A stretch of DNA of 64,000 nt. Origin: Balanoglossus misakiensis. Lineage: Eukaryota > Animalia > Hemichordata. Below the pieces are notes generated by a model. It did no database searches. It was not told the origin of the DNA and saw only the letters and a list, made by a program, of their open reading frames with translations. Shown here one piece after another: positions 43,125 through 57,700 of the stretch. Every line of letters begins with the position of its first letter. The first letter of the stretch is position 1. Made by a program: the position numbers and the translations under genes. The stretch covers positions 4,295,434-4,359,433 of the forward strand of contig CM082593.2 in assembly GCA_040954595.2 (NCBI GenBank), in the 5' to 3' direction.

Positions 43125-46100
43125 CACGGAACACGCATTCAGACTGAAGAACAGTTTCCACGGAGGCTGAGAATCACAGCTCCGTGATTTGCGAATGCCA
43201 CCAACTGTTACGAAACTTCAAAACGGGATCGAATTGTTGAGCTACTCTGCCCTATACACCTACTGGTACCTTAGATAAAATTCAACAAAAAACAAGCACC
43301 ATCTAAGATTCCTTAAAGCAGAAGTTCCAATAGCTCAAAGCACATCTTTTTTGCCTTGAGGCTGTGTGCGTAATTTTAGTGGAGGTACCGACACATACGT
43401 TCACAGTACAGCCAACTTTCACGTCTGATCTGCTGACCCTGTCCATTAACTTGAGTCTACTGTAGGCCGGTCTCCTACAATTAGTAATCCGTCGATCCCA
43501 GAAGACATGTTGCAACTGGTATCGATCGGAACTTTATCCGCTATACCTTCTGGATCTGCAAACTGATCAGAATCACAAATCGCGAACTGAAAGGATGGCT
43601 TGGATAACATCCATCCCCTGCTGAAATAACAATTACTGAAGCCATCATCTATCATGCAAATCACTGTCAGCATACTGTATGCAAATTATCATTCGGCGCG
43701 CCCTTATGCAAACTAGACTATTTACAGACCTTGTACTTGATCGATCCGTTTAATGTCTTCCGTGTTCGCTAATTTATTGATTCATGATATTTTCTTTGAT
43801 ATTCAATGTTTCATTCCAGGTGGCACATCTAGCTGAAATCATAGCAATATTTTTGTCATGGTTTTCTTTCCCTATGATTGCTTTTATTTTTGTCTGATTG
43901 ATTTAGTACATATTTGTAGATGATTGACTCTAAGTGCTATTGAAAAGGAGAAATAAGTAAATAAACAAACCCAAGGATTCTCTGTTTGTACGTGTTTCAA
44001 CTCATGAAAACACATTATAGGAAAATGTAAAAGGTGAAAGTCTCGTTAACTTAACTCTTGCCTTGTGAGGAAAACATCGAATAGCCGATTGTTATATTGT
44101 TGTTTATCCATCTCTGTGCAACCAAATAACACTCACTACATTACAATAACGTGACGTCAAAATGAAGTTGCACCATAGTATCCATGGTTACCATTAGCTA
44201 TCTCAGCTACTACACGCTGTGTGATTAGTCAACTATCCTGCTTGTTTAAGATCATTTCCGTGAGTTCTAGAAGACGGCGAAAATAGCACGTCGAAATCAG
44301 CAATTCGTCATCTTCCGGAATTAAACTTAGGCTATGAATAGATCACTGTGATCATAAGCGATGAAAGCCCCGTTCCTTATCCATCGTAATACCAAAGTTA
44401 GTGGAATCAAGAACCAAGTTTCACCAAGTGTCTATTTTGAAAGGAAGAATGTTTTGTTTTGTTTTTTGTCTTAAAACAAGGAAAAAACTCTACTTGGCAT
44501 ATATGCATACCTCCTCCTCACAATTACATTTGAAGAAGTGAACACTGATTTCCACTGATGGACTCTCAGCAAAGTGTCAAATATTTAAACAAACGTCGTT
44601 GTACGTTCAAAGCAAGCAACGTTTGTCTTAGAACTAATTCAAATTTGCAAATTACTTGTCGCTTTTCGATAAATCTCAAACACCTTGTAAGTTGATGTAT
44701 CACCACTTATAATATAATTTACCAAGCAGTCTCCCTTCATTGCGAAGGATTGGTCGATCCCGGAATACACGTCTCGCGAGATTTGTCTCATGCAATCTTG
44801 TAGATGATGTCATTAATCAATTTCTCTCTAAATGAGTCAAATTTGTTTTGGATGGAATAAGCTGTGCATCTAACTTAGTGTGATCAATAAATTATCCGCA
44901 CAAAGCAATTAGCTCCCGACTTCCGGCTTTCCATCCAGGATTTACCTGTCAATGAAATGGAATTACCCATAGCCGTTTCTGTTGGTCAGTTATATTTGAC
45001 GACCAAGCGAGGAAATCTTATTATCGTCGATATGCCTCAGACTCAGATACATGTATAACCCGTGCGAGCAGTCGGCTGATTACAACTTCATAATCCGACC
45101 AATTTCTACCTGAATCCAAGTGAACATACTTTATGTTTCAAGCTGCGCGTCTTGGCAGTCGCACTCGTCAGAGGAACGGTATATTTCCTTTGAAAATTTG
45201 ATCTGGATAATTCCTATCCCGCTGCACTAATTGGAATTGATGGGAGTGTGTCTGGAAATCGTGGCATCGGAGATATAAGTCTAAATAGATCTACATATGG
45301 CTGATGGTAATGTATGACGTTTTAATTGTCTGCCACCTATACCTTGTGTGTGCTACCTTAATGACAGGTTCGACTCTGCAGAAACCCATTTTTATTTTTA
45401 CAAAATGATGCTTGAAATTATTACTGGAGAAGCATGAATATTAATTCACCACTGAATTATCTCTTTTGCAAACTTTTTTCGTATGAAGAGGTCATTAGTA
45501 GTATTTAACTTATCTTGGTACATTTGGAAATGTGAGTTTTAGCGAAATGACAGTCAAGTGTTTATTGCACGTCAACACCACCCGTACTGTACTCACAGAA
45601 TGGATTTAATTACATGGATGCATTTTGTGTCACGAACATCTGACGCTGAGGGCTTAGGTTTACTTTGAGAGTCTATTACCAGGCTTTAACTGTCTTCTTT
45701 GTTGACAATTCCAAAAGTAGCACAAGGAAAACTTTGAAAGAAAGTCTGTCGATGACATTATGGTATCTGGTGTGCATGCTTGTTAACGAGATTTGATGAC
45801 ATGATATGAGCAATATGTCATCAATTTTCAAGGTTTCTTTATACTAACAAATTTTTTAACAGGCCTCGAGCTCAGCTAACGATGTAAAAAATTACGGGAT
45901 CAGAAACCTAGCACATACAAAGTCGAGCCAACCAACCAAGTGTCGAAAGTATAGGCACTATGAGGGTTCAATCTAAGGCCTAACAGAAACATCGCTTAGC
46001 ACACATGCATAATGTTATATGGACGAAAGGAAATCTTAAACACCACGGCGAAGCATGGCCTAGCCTATTAATATGGTTTCCCTAACCACTTATGCACAAC

Positions 46101-49100
46101 TCGTGCACGGTCAGTGCAACAGTATATCAGGACCCTTATATCAGCTATGCATCGTACAGAATCAAGTAAATTGACCAACACTTTCTAGGCAGCCTCGGAG
46201 AAAATGCTAATAAGCGCCAGAACGTGTTGTCACGCGCACTGCAATCAGCATGGGAGAATATAGTTGCTATTCTTATCCGTGTCCGACGCTTGCTTCAAAA
46301 GCTATTGACCGTTTGTGGTCAGCCAGCCAATTATGTAAATGAAGTGGCCAAAACATTTAGAATATTAGCAACGGATGGTGCATTTTGTGTCTCCATATCA
46401 AACTTACATGCATTTCGTATACAAAACTATTCCAGTCAGTCCAGCTAGTTCGCTGGTACGTTTCACGCGAGCAGGAAAATAACTAAATAAGACAGCTTTC
46501 ATAAGTGTAAGCTTGGAATTATATGTTCCTTAATAACCTACACAGATTACAGTAAGCAGGCTAACGTCTGCCTTAGACGTGAATACCACTATGTTTGGGG
46601 TTACTGAAAATCAATCCCTTGCAAATTATAGTATTCCATGTCAATTTAACGCCCAGGCTTATATGGGCTTTAAAAGTTTATTAGATATAACATTCGGTTA
46701 GATAGTTCACATGCACTGGGCATGAATACTTCTTGACTCCATTTTGTAGTCAGTCGAATTGACTGCAATGTTTACTCAAGCGTGTACTTTCATTTCAGTC
46801 CTATCAAACTGAATTTTATCCGTCTGCGGGGAAAAAGCGAGGAGAGTGCTATTTGCAGACTACAAAGGCTTGCTGAAGACCAATGGTGTCATAGTAGCAT
46901 TAAGGCAAATAGAAACCAGTGTGTACTGCTCTATTACCGTGTAACAAGATTCCCGCTGCGTATAAAGAACTCCCCTTGTTTCCATTTTGCGCGAATGAAT
47001 GAAATTTACCACTTTCTCAACAGCATGACGTTTGTTTGATTGAAACATTAACTTGCTTAAGACATAAACCCGTCTTCGATATTTGGTGACGCATGCTTCA
47101 TAGAATTTAGCTCTTTTTTTCCTTGGACGTAAAATGGCACAATCAAACAGGGGTCAACTGTCGTCGACCTTTCATTTTCGACTTCTGGCCACTTTATTTT
47201 TCCCTATTGCATTCTATAGTGCAATCTAAGACGATGCAATGTTATGAGCACACCACTCCTCATTGCTGTTGTCATGGCAAAACCACAAAAGTCACGATTT
47301 GTATTTATCAACATTTCTATTTTACTCCAATGGTACATTTAAGGCTGAATTTAGCCCAATTGTCTATAGTTAATATTGACCACTTTATCAATATAACTTT
47401 ATAAGTAACATAACATGAATAAAGTGGCACCAATGACTAATACAAGTACCAAAATACACAATGTATAAACATTTTTATCAATGTTGCGTGTAATTAATTA
47501 AAGCAAAGTAAGAAGAATGACTGCCAATAGACTGATATATGTTTGTTTGACAGAAACCCCTATTGCATATTGACATTAATAATCAATAATTTCCGTTCCA
47601 CTGACACGTGTTTCCCAGACTGTTGGAAGTTATTATGTCCATTACTCATGATGCATTGTTAATGAGAATTCACAGTCTGACTCGATGCTCATTATTCAAA
47701 ATTAGAGTGACTCTTTCCAGTTCAAAGTAGAGTAGTTATGAATATCTCATATCCGGTAATTGACAATAACGGCTTTAAAAGATATCAAGGTGTGCGTAAT
47801 TAAATTATGGAATCCATACCACCCTTCGGTGACTGACCCTAAACTGGGGACATGGTTATAACTATGTACAGTAGTACGTGTAGTGAAAGGGGCAAGGCAA
47901 CACACACACTCTCTCGTTCGTTCATTTGTTCATTTATTCTTGGACAACTAATATTGACGTTTACTTTGATATTTTTAAAAGAGCTCATCCATTAGATTTG
48001 GGGTTTGCCCAAAGCCATGTTTGTGTAGATGGAATTGATGAACTCTCCGCCATTTTCACAACAAATGCAGTTATCGATCAAATGTCATTCTGCTGAAGAT
48101 AGTGAACCTGTTCGAAAGACTAAAAGGGCGTAAATCGACCCTGGAGCTGAATTTTGTAAACATTGATATGTGGGAAAGCTGGGAATATTGGCAGATATCG
48201 AACGATAACACTTGGACATGGGAGAGAAGTCCTTATCTGTACTACGTTAGCCTTGAATTTCACTGTTGATTATCGGGGGGAACTGCTTAAGTTCTCCTTC
48301 AGCAAAAATATTCTGTGATGATGATTACTAACTTTTTTGGTGAGCCTCTGCATTGACAAGGCTTGATTAACTTTTACGTCAAGTGGAATTTATTTCAGTT
48401 ACTTTTAATTAAAATAAATTATACAGTTGGTTTACCTATTAAAATGAATATTTCTGAGTCAGCTCTAATCAGTAGTTGCCATGTTTGTTGGTGATTGATC
48501 TGAAACCTAGAAAGGTTGGATATTTATCAAGAATTTGACATGCCGTGGGCCATACTCTTGATCAAGCAAGCGGGGAATTGATAGTCAATCTCAAGCTGTC
48601 CCATGGCAAACATAGTCCTTCTCCTTGCAAGGGGATTGTCAACGCAATGATGTCACCATCGTCTTGCGTCTTCATCTTAGAACTCTGTGTCAGGTACAGT
48701 CCAGAAGGCATAAACTACACAGAATTGCATTCTGGATATGTGCCAAATTGAAACATGTCCCGCATGGCAATCTATAAACCAGACATCAGCATGGTTTTGA
48801 TCCATTAATCTAGTTTTGGTTCCCCAGAGTCTTTTGAGGGTGGACGTTTGTAAACTATAAGTTTTTCTGTTGTGACAGGGCACTGTTGGTGGTCACTTGT
48901 TACTCATAAATATAGGACGAGCATGACAAGTTAATTGCCTTCATTTCTTCCTTCGAAATTAGGTTGATATAAATTTAACAATGGAATGAGAAAAGGTCCC
49001 TCTGGAACTGAATATCAGTTTTGACTTTTTGTCAAATTATGGTCCCATGGCTGCTAGATTTTCACAGAAACATATTTTCAAACTCAAGTGGACCATAATT

Positions 49101-51008
49101 TACATACAAATTAGCATATTTTTGCATATGTATTGTGAAGTACAGATGACAAATTTTCTTATTCTTGTAAGTGTCTCTCAGTCTGAGAATAAAGAAGTCC
49201 ATTCGCTCCTTGATACATGTATAAACATAATGTGTGAAGGTTGGAGATGTAAAAACCTGTCCTTGAAGGGAAAAAAGATTTAGAGGCAAACAACACAACA
49301 TTATTCTAAAAACCATTTCAAACTATAGTTAAGACTAGATGGGATAACACTGTTTATAACCACTGTTTTTATAAGAGTTTGTCTAGTAGACTAAATACCA
49401 CATCTATAAAAAAAAGAGGCGGATGGGGTTAAAAAGTGTTCACGTAATGGGTTCCGTGAGAGTTATGCTTTGGGGAACGACAGAGTGATTAATGGGTTTT
49501 TAGATTGGTGAAAGCGCGGGAAATTGAAAAAAAAACGAGTCGACAGGAGAATAATGGTTGCCATATATGCAAATTATGCGTTAGTGCTGCAAACATTTAA
49601 CCTGGGACCACTCTGGCTGCTTCGTGTTTATTAGGGCGTGATTTGTCAATATGTATGGGCGCTAAGATGCCATGTTGCATTTCATGGTCTGCATGAATTG
49701 AGTTAACAAGGTTTGTTATGGATGGGAAGGCTTCAGAACGATGTAGAATAAATTGCATTTCGGAGCGATGTAGAATACTTTACACTATAGACACATATTG
49801 AATTCCTTCTGGCAGACTGCATTAGTGTACTATGTTCAACATCTCTCAGTTTATGCTAAGGTCAAGTCCATGCATATTCATTATGCTGATAACTAGTTGT
49901 CTGATTGTAATTTTATGAAATATTCAGCTTCAGTGGCATGTTGCATAACCCTAGAATGTGCAATCGTTGTCATGGTTTATGGTTGCATAGCTGTACATCT
50001 GTTTATATATACCGTGTGTGTTGTCGATGCATAATTTTACATAACGCCGCTCACGTACAGACGACCTTCTGTAGATATGTACCGTACAAGCCCTTTGAGA
50101 CGTGGCGTGGGTGTTATGTCGATCTTATAATAGATATCAGCAAGATAAACCGCTTGGACAAACGCCATTTCTCCTGCGACTATAACTTTGGGATTTTGAC
50201 AGAAGTAAAGATAACCCATACATGCATACACATGCATATACACATACCGGTACAGACATACAGACAGACGGACAGGAAGGAGAGAGAGAGATATGTACTG
50301 TGTTCATTATCTCAATCTACGCCTGTCGTCCACACATCGATGACGCAATTCAACATCACTCATTCTTTATCGGCCAGAAGAGAAAACGCGTACAGGATTT
50401 TCTGTTTGACAAATTCTAGTGCACATACCATCTTAACCTCGGGCAGTCCATTAGTTTATACTGGGGTGTGAATAATTTTAAGAGGATGAAAAGTCAACCA
50501 TACAAATCTTCAACAGGCAACAAACCATGCCATGATATATATTGCAGTAATGGTGGAAGTAGTTAAATGTAAAATAAACACCAACATGTACGAGGCTGGT
50601 GATACATGAATGTTGTTGGTTTGATTTCAATTTTGTAGACACTATTACAGCATTGTCGCCGAAGGCTCCCTGTATGCCACGTTCTCATTATGGACCTACT
50701 AATCCATTTAAGCTTATGGTGCCTGAAACAAGAACGTCGATTAACTGTCACTTGGTATGAATCTCAATGAAGATTAATGCGTAGAATTGTCTCCAGACCA
50801 AAGTACAGTGAACAACTTAGAACATTGTATCGTGTGATTCAAAATTCATTTCCAACTTCAATATTATGATAATTGATCAGTGGGCCTCAAATGGTCCTTG
50901 TATGTATGTGTTTTAACTATCAAACTGAAATATTTGTTAGTATTCTACCACAAAATGTGCAAAATACTTCTCTTAGCATTCTTGTAGAGAACATGTAGAG
51001 AATATACA

Positions 51009-51113
51009 AACATACATACATGCATACATACATGCATACATGCATGCATACATACATACATACATACATACATACATACATACATACATACATACATACA
51101 TACATACATACAT
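51009..51113. repeat. (CATA)n microsatellite
   Basis: Directly visible. Confidence 0.95.
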
Positions 51114-51199
51114 GTGCAACTAGATCTCGCAGAGATTGAATGTAAATTATCAATAGTATGTTCACATATTGGATTTTTATGATTGGCCTCATAAAAGAT

Positions 51200-51700
51200 G
51201 CACGAGAAGACAAAGTCATTAATGATTCATGCAAAGCGACTGCCCAAGGACTACATGCTCTGTTGTCGTGTAGAACACCAGGTTGAGAATATTGTGTTAG
51301 TCGAAACAGATGAAGTGATAATCCGGATGTGGGACTCTCTCTTTCTTCAGAAGCATATATCATATCCGGTTGTCAGGCCAGTGTTTGCAGTTGTTGACAC
51401 TGCCCCGGCTTAGTCACACTAAGCGAATCGACATCTTGATGTAAAATCCATCTTGACATTTCTCAGTGTTAGGCAAATAGATTCGGGTTGGGATGACCTG
51501 TGACATTTGTATGCAATGCCTGCGTCGACGAAACCAGATCAATGGATTGCTGGGAATCATACTGCACAACACTCATAAAACTGTATCGTTCAATACAATT
51601 TATCAGATGATGATCACTTGCAACGTGTCCCTCTGATCTAATCAGAATCAAAAGATTGCCGCTCAGTTCTTAAAATAGTCTTCGGCTTCAGCTCAGGGGA
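51200..51700 (-). mobile_element. Decayed RTE/Jockey-like LINE fragment (end of APE endonuclease)
   Basis: Minus-strand RSEGHVASDHHLI resembles the RGADVxSDHHLV endonuclease C-terminal motif. It is followed by frameshifted ASEE-like linker sequence. Confidence 0.35.
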
Positions 51701-54700
51701 TTATATGCATCCTACATTTCCGCATTGCAAAAAATCAAACATATAATAGACATGTTTCTGTTTTGTTCTATTCTATTCTCGTTGCCTGAGCTCGCTTTAC
51801 TTGTGTAGACTCTTAAAGTAGCAACATGCTATGACAGATGACGATAAAAGTTGATATGACATGATGTTTTTCGACAACCCCTCTAATATCGTTTGTGTTT
51901 GACCTCTTATGCCATGTTTTATCACTCATGATATATTCTGCAGTGTCATGTTGATTTCAGCTGCACTCTTCCACAGCTCAGTGTGAATAGGTTTACCACA
52001 CAACACAACACAGACATGCTTGTTTTGTGAAAACTAAATATATTTACATGAACAAATCAGAATCATTTGAAATATATTTAAACATCCTGTCTTAATTAAC
52101 AAACGGCAAAGACCAAAAGGTGAAAACATACAAATTAATGATAACTATAGGGCTTGGATGTGGAACTCGGTGATGTGAAGCACACTGATCCGACCCACCA
52201 AGTGAAATTTCACCAAAGTGTAACGTCAGCTGAATTCAGCGAGACTGTTCATTTTCGCTGCACTGACTCGGCATGCAAATGACTCTGAACTGCGCACACA
52301 AGATATGACAAGATCTTTTGTGTCTGATTGATGCGCCGTGATTCCTTTAATTGGCCTTTCTCGTGCTGACTCGTGCCGTCTCATGCTGGCCCAAATTGCA
52401 ATGTACGGAGTTTCCTGACTAGCATCCAAAAACAGATCGCTGAGATAATTGCTATACTCGGCCGATTTTACGACTAGTTGGAGCCTCCACAGCGCATGCG
52501 CTCAATCAATATCTCATTTAGCAGAATCAGAAGAGCCCCGCTGTCAAAAACACTTGCTTTTTTGTTATGCTACCAAAGCCGGATAAATCTCCGACGGCCT
52601 TTGCTGATTAATTTACTGGCTGTTATTGTACCACCCCTGTGGAGTTTAAGATTACCGTACCATCTTTTGTATACGTTGAGCAGTTGCTTTTATAGAAAAG
52701 AAAAAAGAAAGCTACAATAATAATCTCTCTCCAAGTTCCACACTGAATGATATATTTGACCTGCATAATACCACCTGGGAATTTTTATAGCCAATTACCG
52801 GACTTTAAGCTTCAGCCACTTTTCAAACTTCAAGCACACACTGTGTATGATCCATGGCAGCTTATTATACTGTTTACGATTTTCTACCCGCCCGCTATGT
52901 TCTTATACCTAACTTTATTATTTCACGTATCGACATTTGATAGCCGTAACCATGCTATTAACATATTGATAACAGCTGGGAATCGATAATGTGAATGTGA
53001 AGATGATGATTTCAGCGTGTTCTTGTTCAACTGGACAAATCTATCTCTGATGCAATCGATTCGTATGTTACATATGCCTCTACCTTGAGGGTATTAGCCA
53101 GTAGCGTCGAATTGTATCTTGACATTGGCAAGAAAATCTAGTTATCTCCAAGCCATCTGCGCCGATAAGAACTTTACGTCCATTGTAATATTTGCTCGGT
53201 AACTCACAGTAAGCACTTCTAAAAAAACCATAGGCAAACGTTTCTCAACAATATTGAAATACAGTTTTTGCATGAAGCAAAACATGGTTACGTAACAATG
53301 CTATTTCCTTCCACCTTTTTATCAACTTATCTCCCGAGACTTGTGGATTTTCCCAAGGTGACAACAATTCGTATTCACACATATTGAAAACTCTTAATTA
53401 CTCTTTGCAGAGACCTTCCTTAATGACAAGAAGTTAACAATTTGGTGTAAATTGGAAAAAAAAGTTGATGATGTTTTGTTCTAAACATTGCCAGAAAATA
53501 TTCTGAGGAATTCTAAGGAAAACCGTGACTCTACGCTGAATCCACCCTTATGGGGATTTCGTTTTTTAAAAAAAATATCAAGAATCAACAATACAACTGA
53601 TTCTATGATGTATTTTTTTTTCAAAGTTTTGCGATTTTATGAATCATTTATGTGACGACTGTAGCTCCCGGACACGATATCAGAGTCTTGAAAACCATTC
53701 CTTCGTAATGAATAGGCGACTGGCCATCTCAGCCAGAAGGGATTGACTGTATATTAATACACTGATAAGGTTGTGTTGACAATACAGGATTTCTGCTGAT
53801 AACTCAGACAAAATATGAATGTCGAGTCTCCCAATATATTTCACATAACTGTTATCTAATTCTTTCCTTGTTTACGGGTCAAACGTGTTGAGATATATTC
53901 GTTAAATATTTATTGTCTTATGAATAAATGATTGACTACTTCTGTTCCTGCATCCATGCGCGCCTTAAAGAGACCGAAGTATAAATAATGGATTAGTATT
54001 TCTGTTGGTTTTTCCGACATGTTAAGCGAACGAGCTGTAGTCGTTTCAGATGACTCCATTTTATTTACATATTTGACAGTAATATTTACAGTAAGACAAT
54101 CGATCTGATTGATGTCTCAAATTTGTCGCGCTACTACATATGACGCTCAACGCCTAATACCGCGCTAGTATTTATACGCGAGTATTTATACATCATGAAA
54201 ACGTCTCGATTTGAGGGAGTATGAAGTAACTCATAACTGATTAAGGCTTTGGAAATACAAAGCACTGAAGAGGTATTTGCATATTAGTTAATTGTCGTTT
54301 CTGTTGCAATACGCATGCTCCTTATGGATGAAGTGACTTTCAAAGAAAGCTGCCATTGGAATTTGTCTTTAAAGCGGGAGTCTGCAGGTAGATTATAAGA
54401 GACAACTGGATTTAGACAAAATATACAAACGCGTCGTCTTCCATACATCAATGCAGGTTGTACACGAGGGATAGGTTTTCTCTGCGTGTATGGGATGCAG
54501 ACAGATAGATGGGGCATAACTGCGCATGCGCTGGTTTGATTCTTTTTATTTGTGCTACTTTTGACACCCCAGATAACGTACATTGAAATCTCATTAGGGC
54601 GGTGACTGCCTGCAAAGGTGTGCACGGTAAGTCGAGTTCGACAAACCTCACACTTGATATGTCGATGTAGATAGACCGAGCATCGAACCAAGCGTGATTT

Positions 54701-57700
54701 ACAGTGTCGAATCACGTCTGCTGTCTATGTGAATTTTCAAAGCATGCAAACGACTAAACTCAAGTCCCCGGTTTACTTGCGTTACGGACCATTGGCAGGT
54801 TATTAATGATGGCCATATTTCATCATATGTGATGCTCTGTGTTCAACTTTAATCTCCATCGGATATAGTCCGATATGATACAGCATACGTCAAGTGGGGC
54901 TCTAACACCGGCAGTGAGTCGCAGAGGTCGTGCCAATGCACCTTAAACACGTCGTAGTTTTGCAGGATAATTCGTGACGTCAGCACAGCTGAAAACGTAG
55001 AGCGCAGAAACCTACTAACCCGAGATTCAGACGCGTTCGTGTGCAGCGTGTAAGGGGACTCGTTTGATTTATGTCTCAGGGATAACACAGTAGTGTTGCT
55101 TTCTTCGCCTTTCCAGACGTCAAGAGTTAGTCGGAGACATGACAAGAGCGGGTGAGTTGTCTGATCCTCTTTTTTCGCATCACGGCCAGTTAGAAATCAA
55201 AGCAAAGCTAGTATGCACGCTTGATCTTTTGCGCGAAATGGGGTTTTCCGTGGAATACAAACAAGTTATGCGTATAAAACGTGATTTCTTCAAAATCTTT
55301 AGATTTTACATAATACAATAACAGATAACACGCCATCAGCCGCTTGAAGGCCCGACAAGGTATTTCTCGGCGATGTAGTTTAGTTCTATTAAAATATGCC
55401 TTTCTTATTGAAGATCTTTCACGTTAGGAATTAGCATGATATGGACCGAATATAAGAGCGAGCAAATTTCTTCGATCGTCAAAAACGGAAGAAACGTTAA
55501 TTTATAAATAGTTACGGGGTAATAAAACATGTATGATATTTTACCTCTAAGTTTTGACTCCTTTAAAAGTTCAGTCTTCTTTGTAGTTGGTGTATAGAAT
55601 ACATTCAACTTATCATATTTTAATTTTCCATAATTTATTTTTCTACTGCAAAGTGTTAGTATGTCCCAACATTAATTTAACTTGTAAGCTTGCATTTGTT
55701 AAACATAAAAAAATCAACTGCCTTGAAATTCTGTCGTTCAAACAATATTCTTGTCGCTCACCAAGGTAGCAAAAACCTACTTTAGGCAGCGAGAATCATG
55801 GTGAGCTGAGTGGTATCAGTTCTAGTGATGGGTGTTTAAAATGTCTGATGTCTGAGCAATCAATCTTACAGGAACGGATGTACAGATTATTTTCTACGCA
55901 TCTTAATGACATCTGAGCAACACTACGCCGCGAGAAAGAAACTGATACATGTAGCAGTGGGCGGAGACAGGTTGAAGTAAAAAGTTAGATAAATCAAAAT
56001 GTCGACCGTACTGAAATCCTGCCACGATGTGTACACAGACCGTCACGTAACGTTTTATTTCTTAAAATATCACGTTTGTGAAACCGAGACCTCTTCGATT
56101 AGAGTGAATTATAAGTGCTAATCATTAAGGTGGCATTGCATGAAAAGTTGTGATTTTTGCCAAATTTTACTTTTTTTACATAAATCGGTAGGTCTAATAC
56201 TGATCCACTTTGTTTAAATGTCTCCGTATGTCACTTAGTTACTGATCTCGGTCGGATAGGAAACATGAAACAAAACGAATCAGTGACAGATTCCGGTGGG
56301 GAAGATGTTATCATTAAAATCATTATGTTAATTTGCGTTGTTCAATACCTGATATTCAAGCTGCAAATCATGGAACGTGAATGCAACAATAAATGCAATA
56401 TACTAAATAGAGTGAACACACTTGATGTGTATAGAACATTCGGACTTCCGCAGTTTGCAGTATTGATGGAATTGTCATCAATTTCCGGTCTGCAACAACA
56501 AAATCATGTCCAGGGTCAATGAAAAGGGCAATGACCTTATCTGCCAAAGAATATTATATCATTTCTAGGCTGTATGTATATCCCTGAAAGAACCTCTATA
56601 TATCGGCGTTATTCCTGCCAGTGGCAACATTCACAATACATGTATTTGTATCCATGTGTATGAATACTGGTATGCAAGACTGAGAACGCCATGATTTGCT
56701 TTCAAAACATTTCCTTTCCTCGGTGTAAAAACATATTTTAACTAACTGACTTACTATACTAACTAACTAAATTACTTAATTCTCTCTGTCAGTCTGTCTG
56801 CATGTTTGCCTCTGTCTGTCTGTCTAACTGACAAGCAAATAAAGCCTACCTACATGGTGGCCTCCTGTCCTATAATATGCATTTTACAGAACACAATTCA
56901 TATCTCTGATAAGCTCTTTTGGAACAAATCCATGCCAGTGAAGATTCCAATTTTTCCATTATTTCTAGGATATACAATGTATGTCGATCTGACTTGTCCC
57001 ATGTGATCCAGCGACGCATGGCCGCCATACAAACCTAATTAAAGTATATAAAGCCTCGACATACAAATAAAATGATCTGAAAATAATGAAAATTGTGACT
57101 TCGAAGAATAATTAAAAGAGCATGAATGGCTTGGAGGATCTTGCATACAATGTGTAATCCCAACAGTCTGAGCAGTGTGTTTCTTTGAATGCATGCACAG
57201 ACACGGCATGGCCCGTTTAATCATAATCGCCCATCAAAGCAGCACTAAGTTGATGTCTCTCTGCTTGTTCTCTGCGAAATTGATACCTTTGTACCAACAC
57301 AACTGTAATTGTGTGCTTACTTTACAAGAACTTGTTGTGTCTATTTGTAGGGAAATAATTGCCATTTAAATGTCATTTGCCAGGCCAGGCTTTGTCCTTA
57401 TTGGGTTTCTCATTAATCACCCTGCAAATAATACAAAATCTTATTTGAAATATCATTTAAGTGGGCATGATTCGGGCCTCAGTAAATATGATAAGCCCAC
57501 CTGGTTTATATTGTGTCTCAGATGCGGCAGTGTTAAAGTGGTAAAGATGTCATACCTCAGACTAATCATAGTAAGCAGAATTTGAATTTGCGAACATACC
57601 TAACCGGACTATTTGTTTTATTGTCCATACTACTCAATATCCATTACACATGGGCGTGGTTTCGCTTCCCGACTCGTCATGCCCTTGCCACGTGTTAATC

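Noticed and set aside
49938-50471. 177-aa ORF
   Set aside because: It runs through simple-repeat sequence (catacaca, gacagacg, gagaga) with no domain features or clear splice context.
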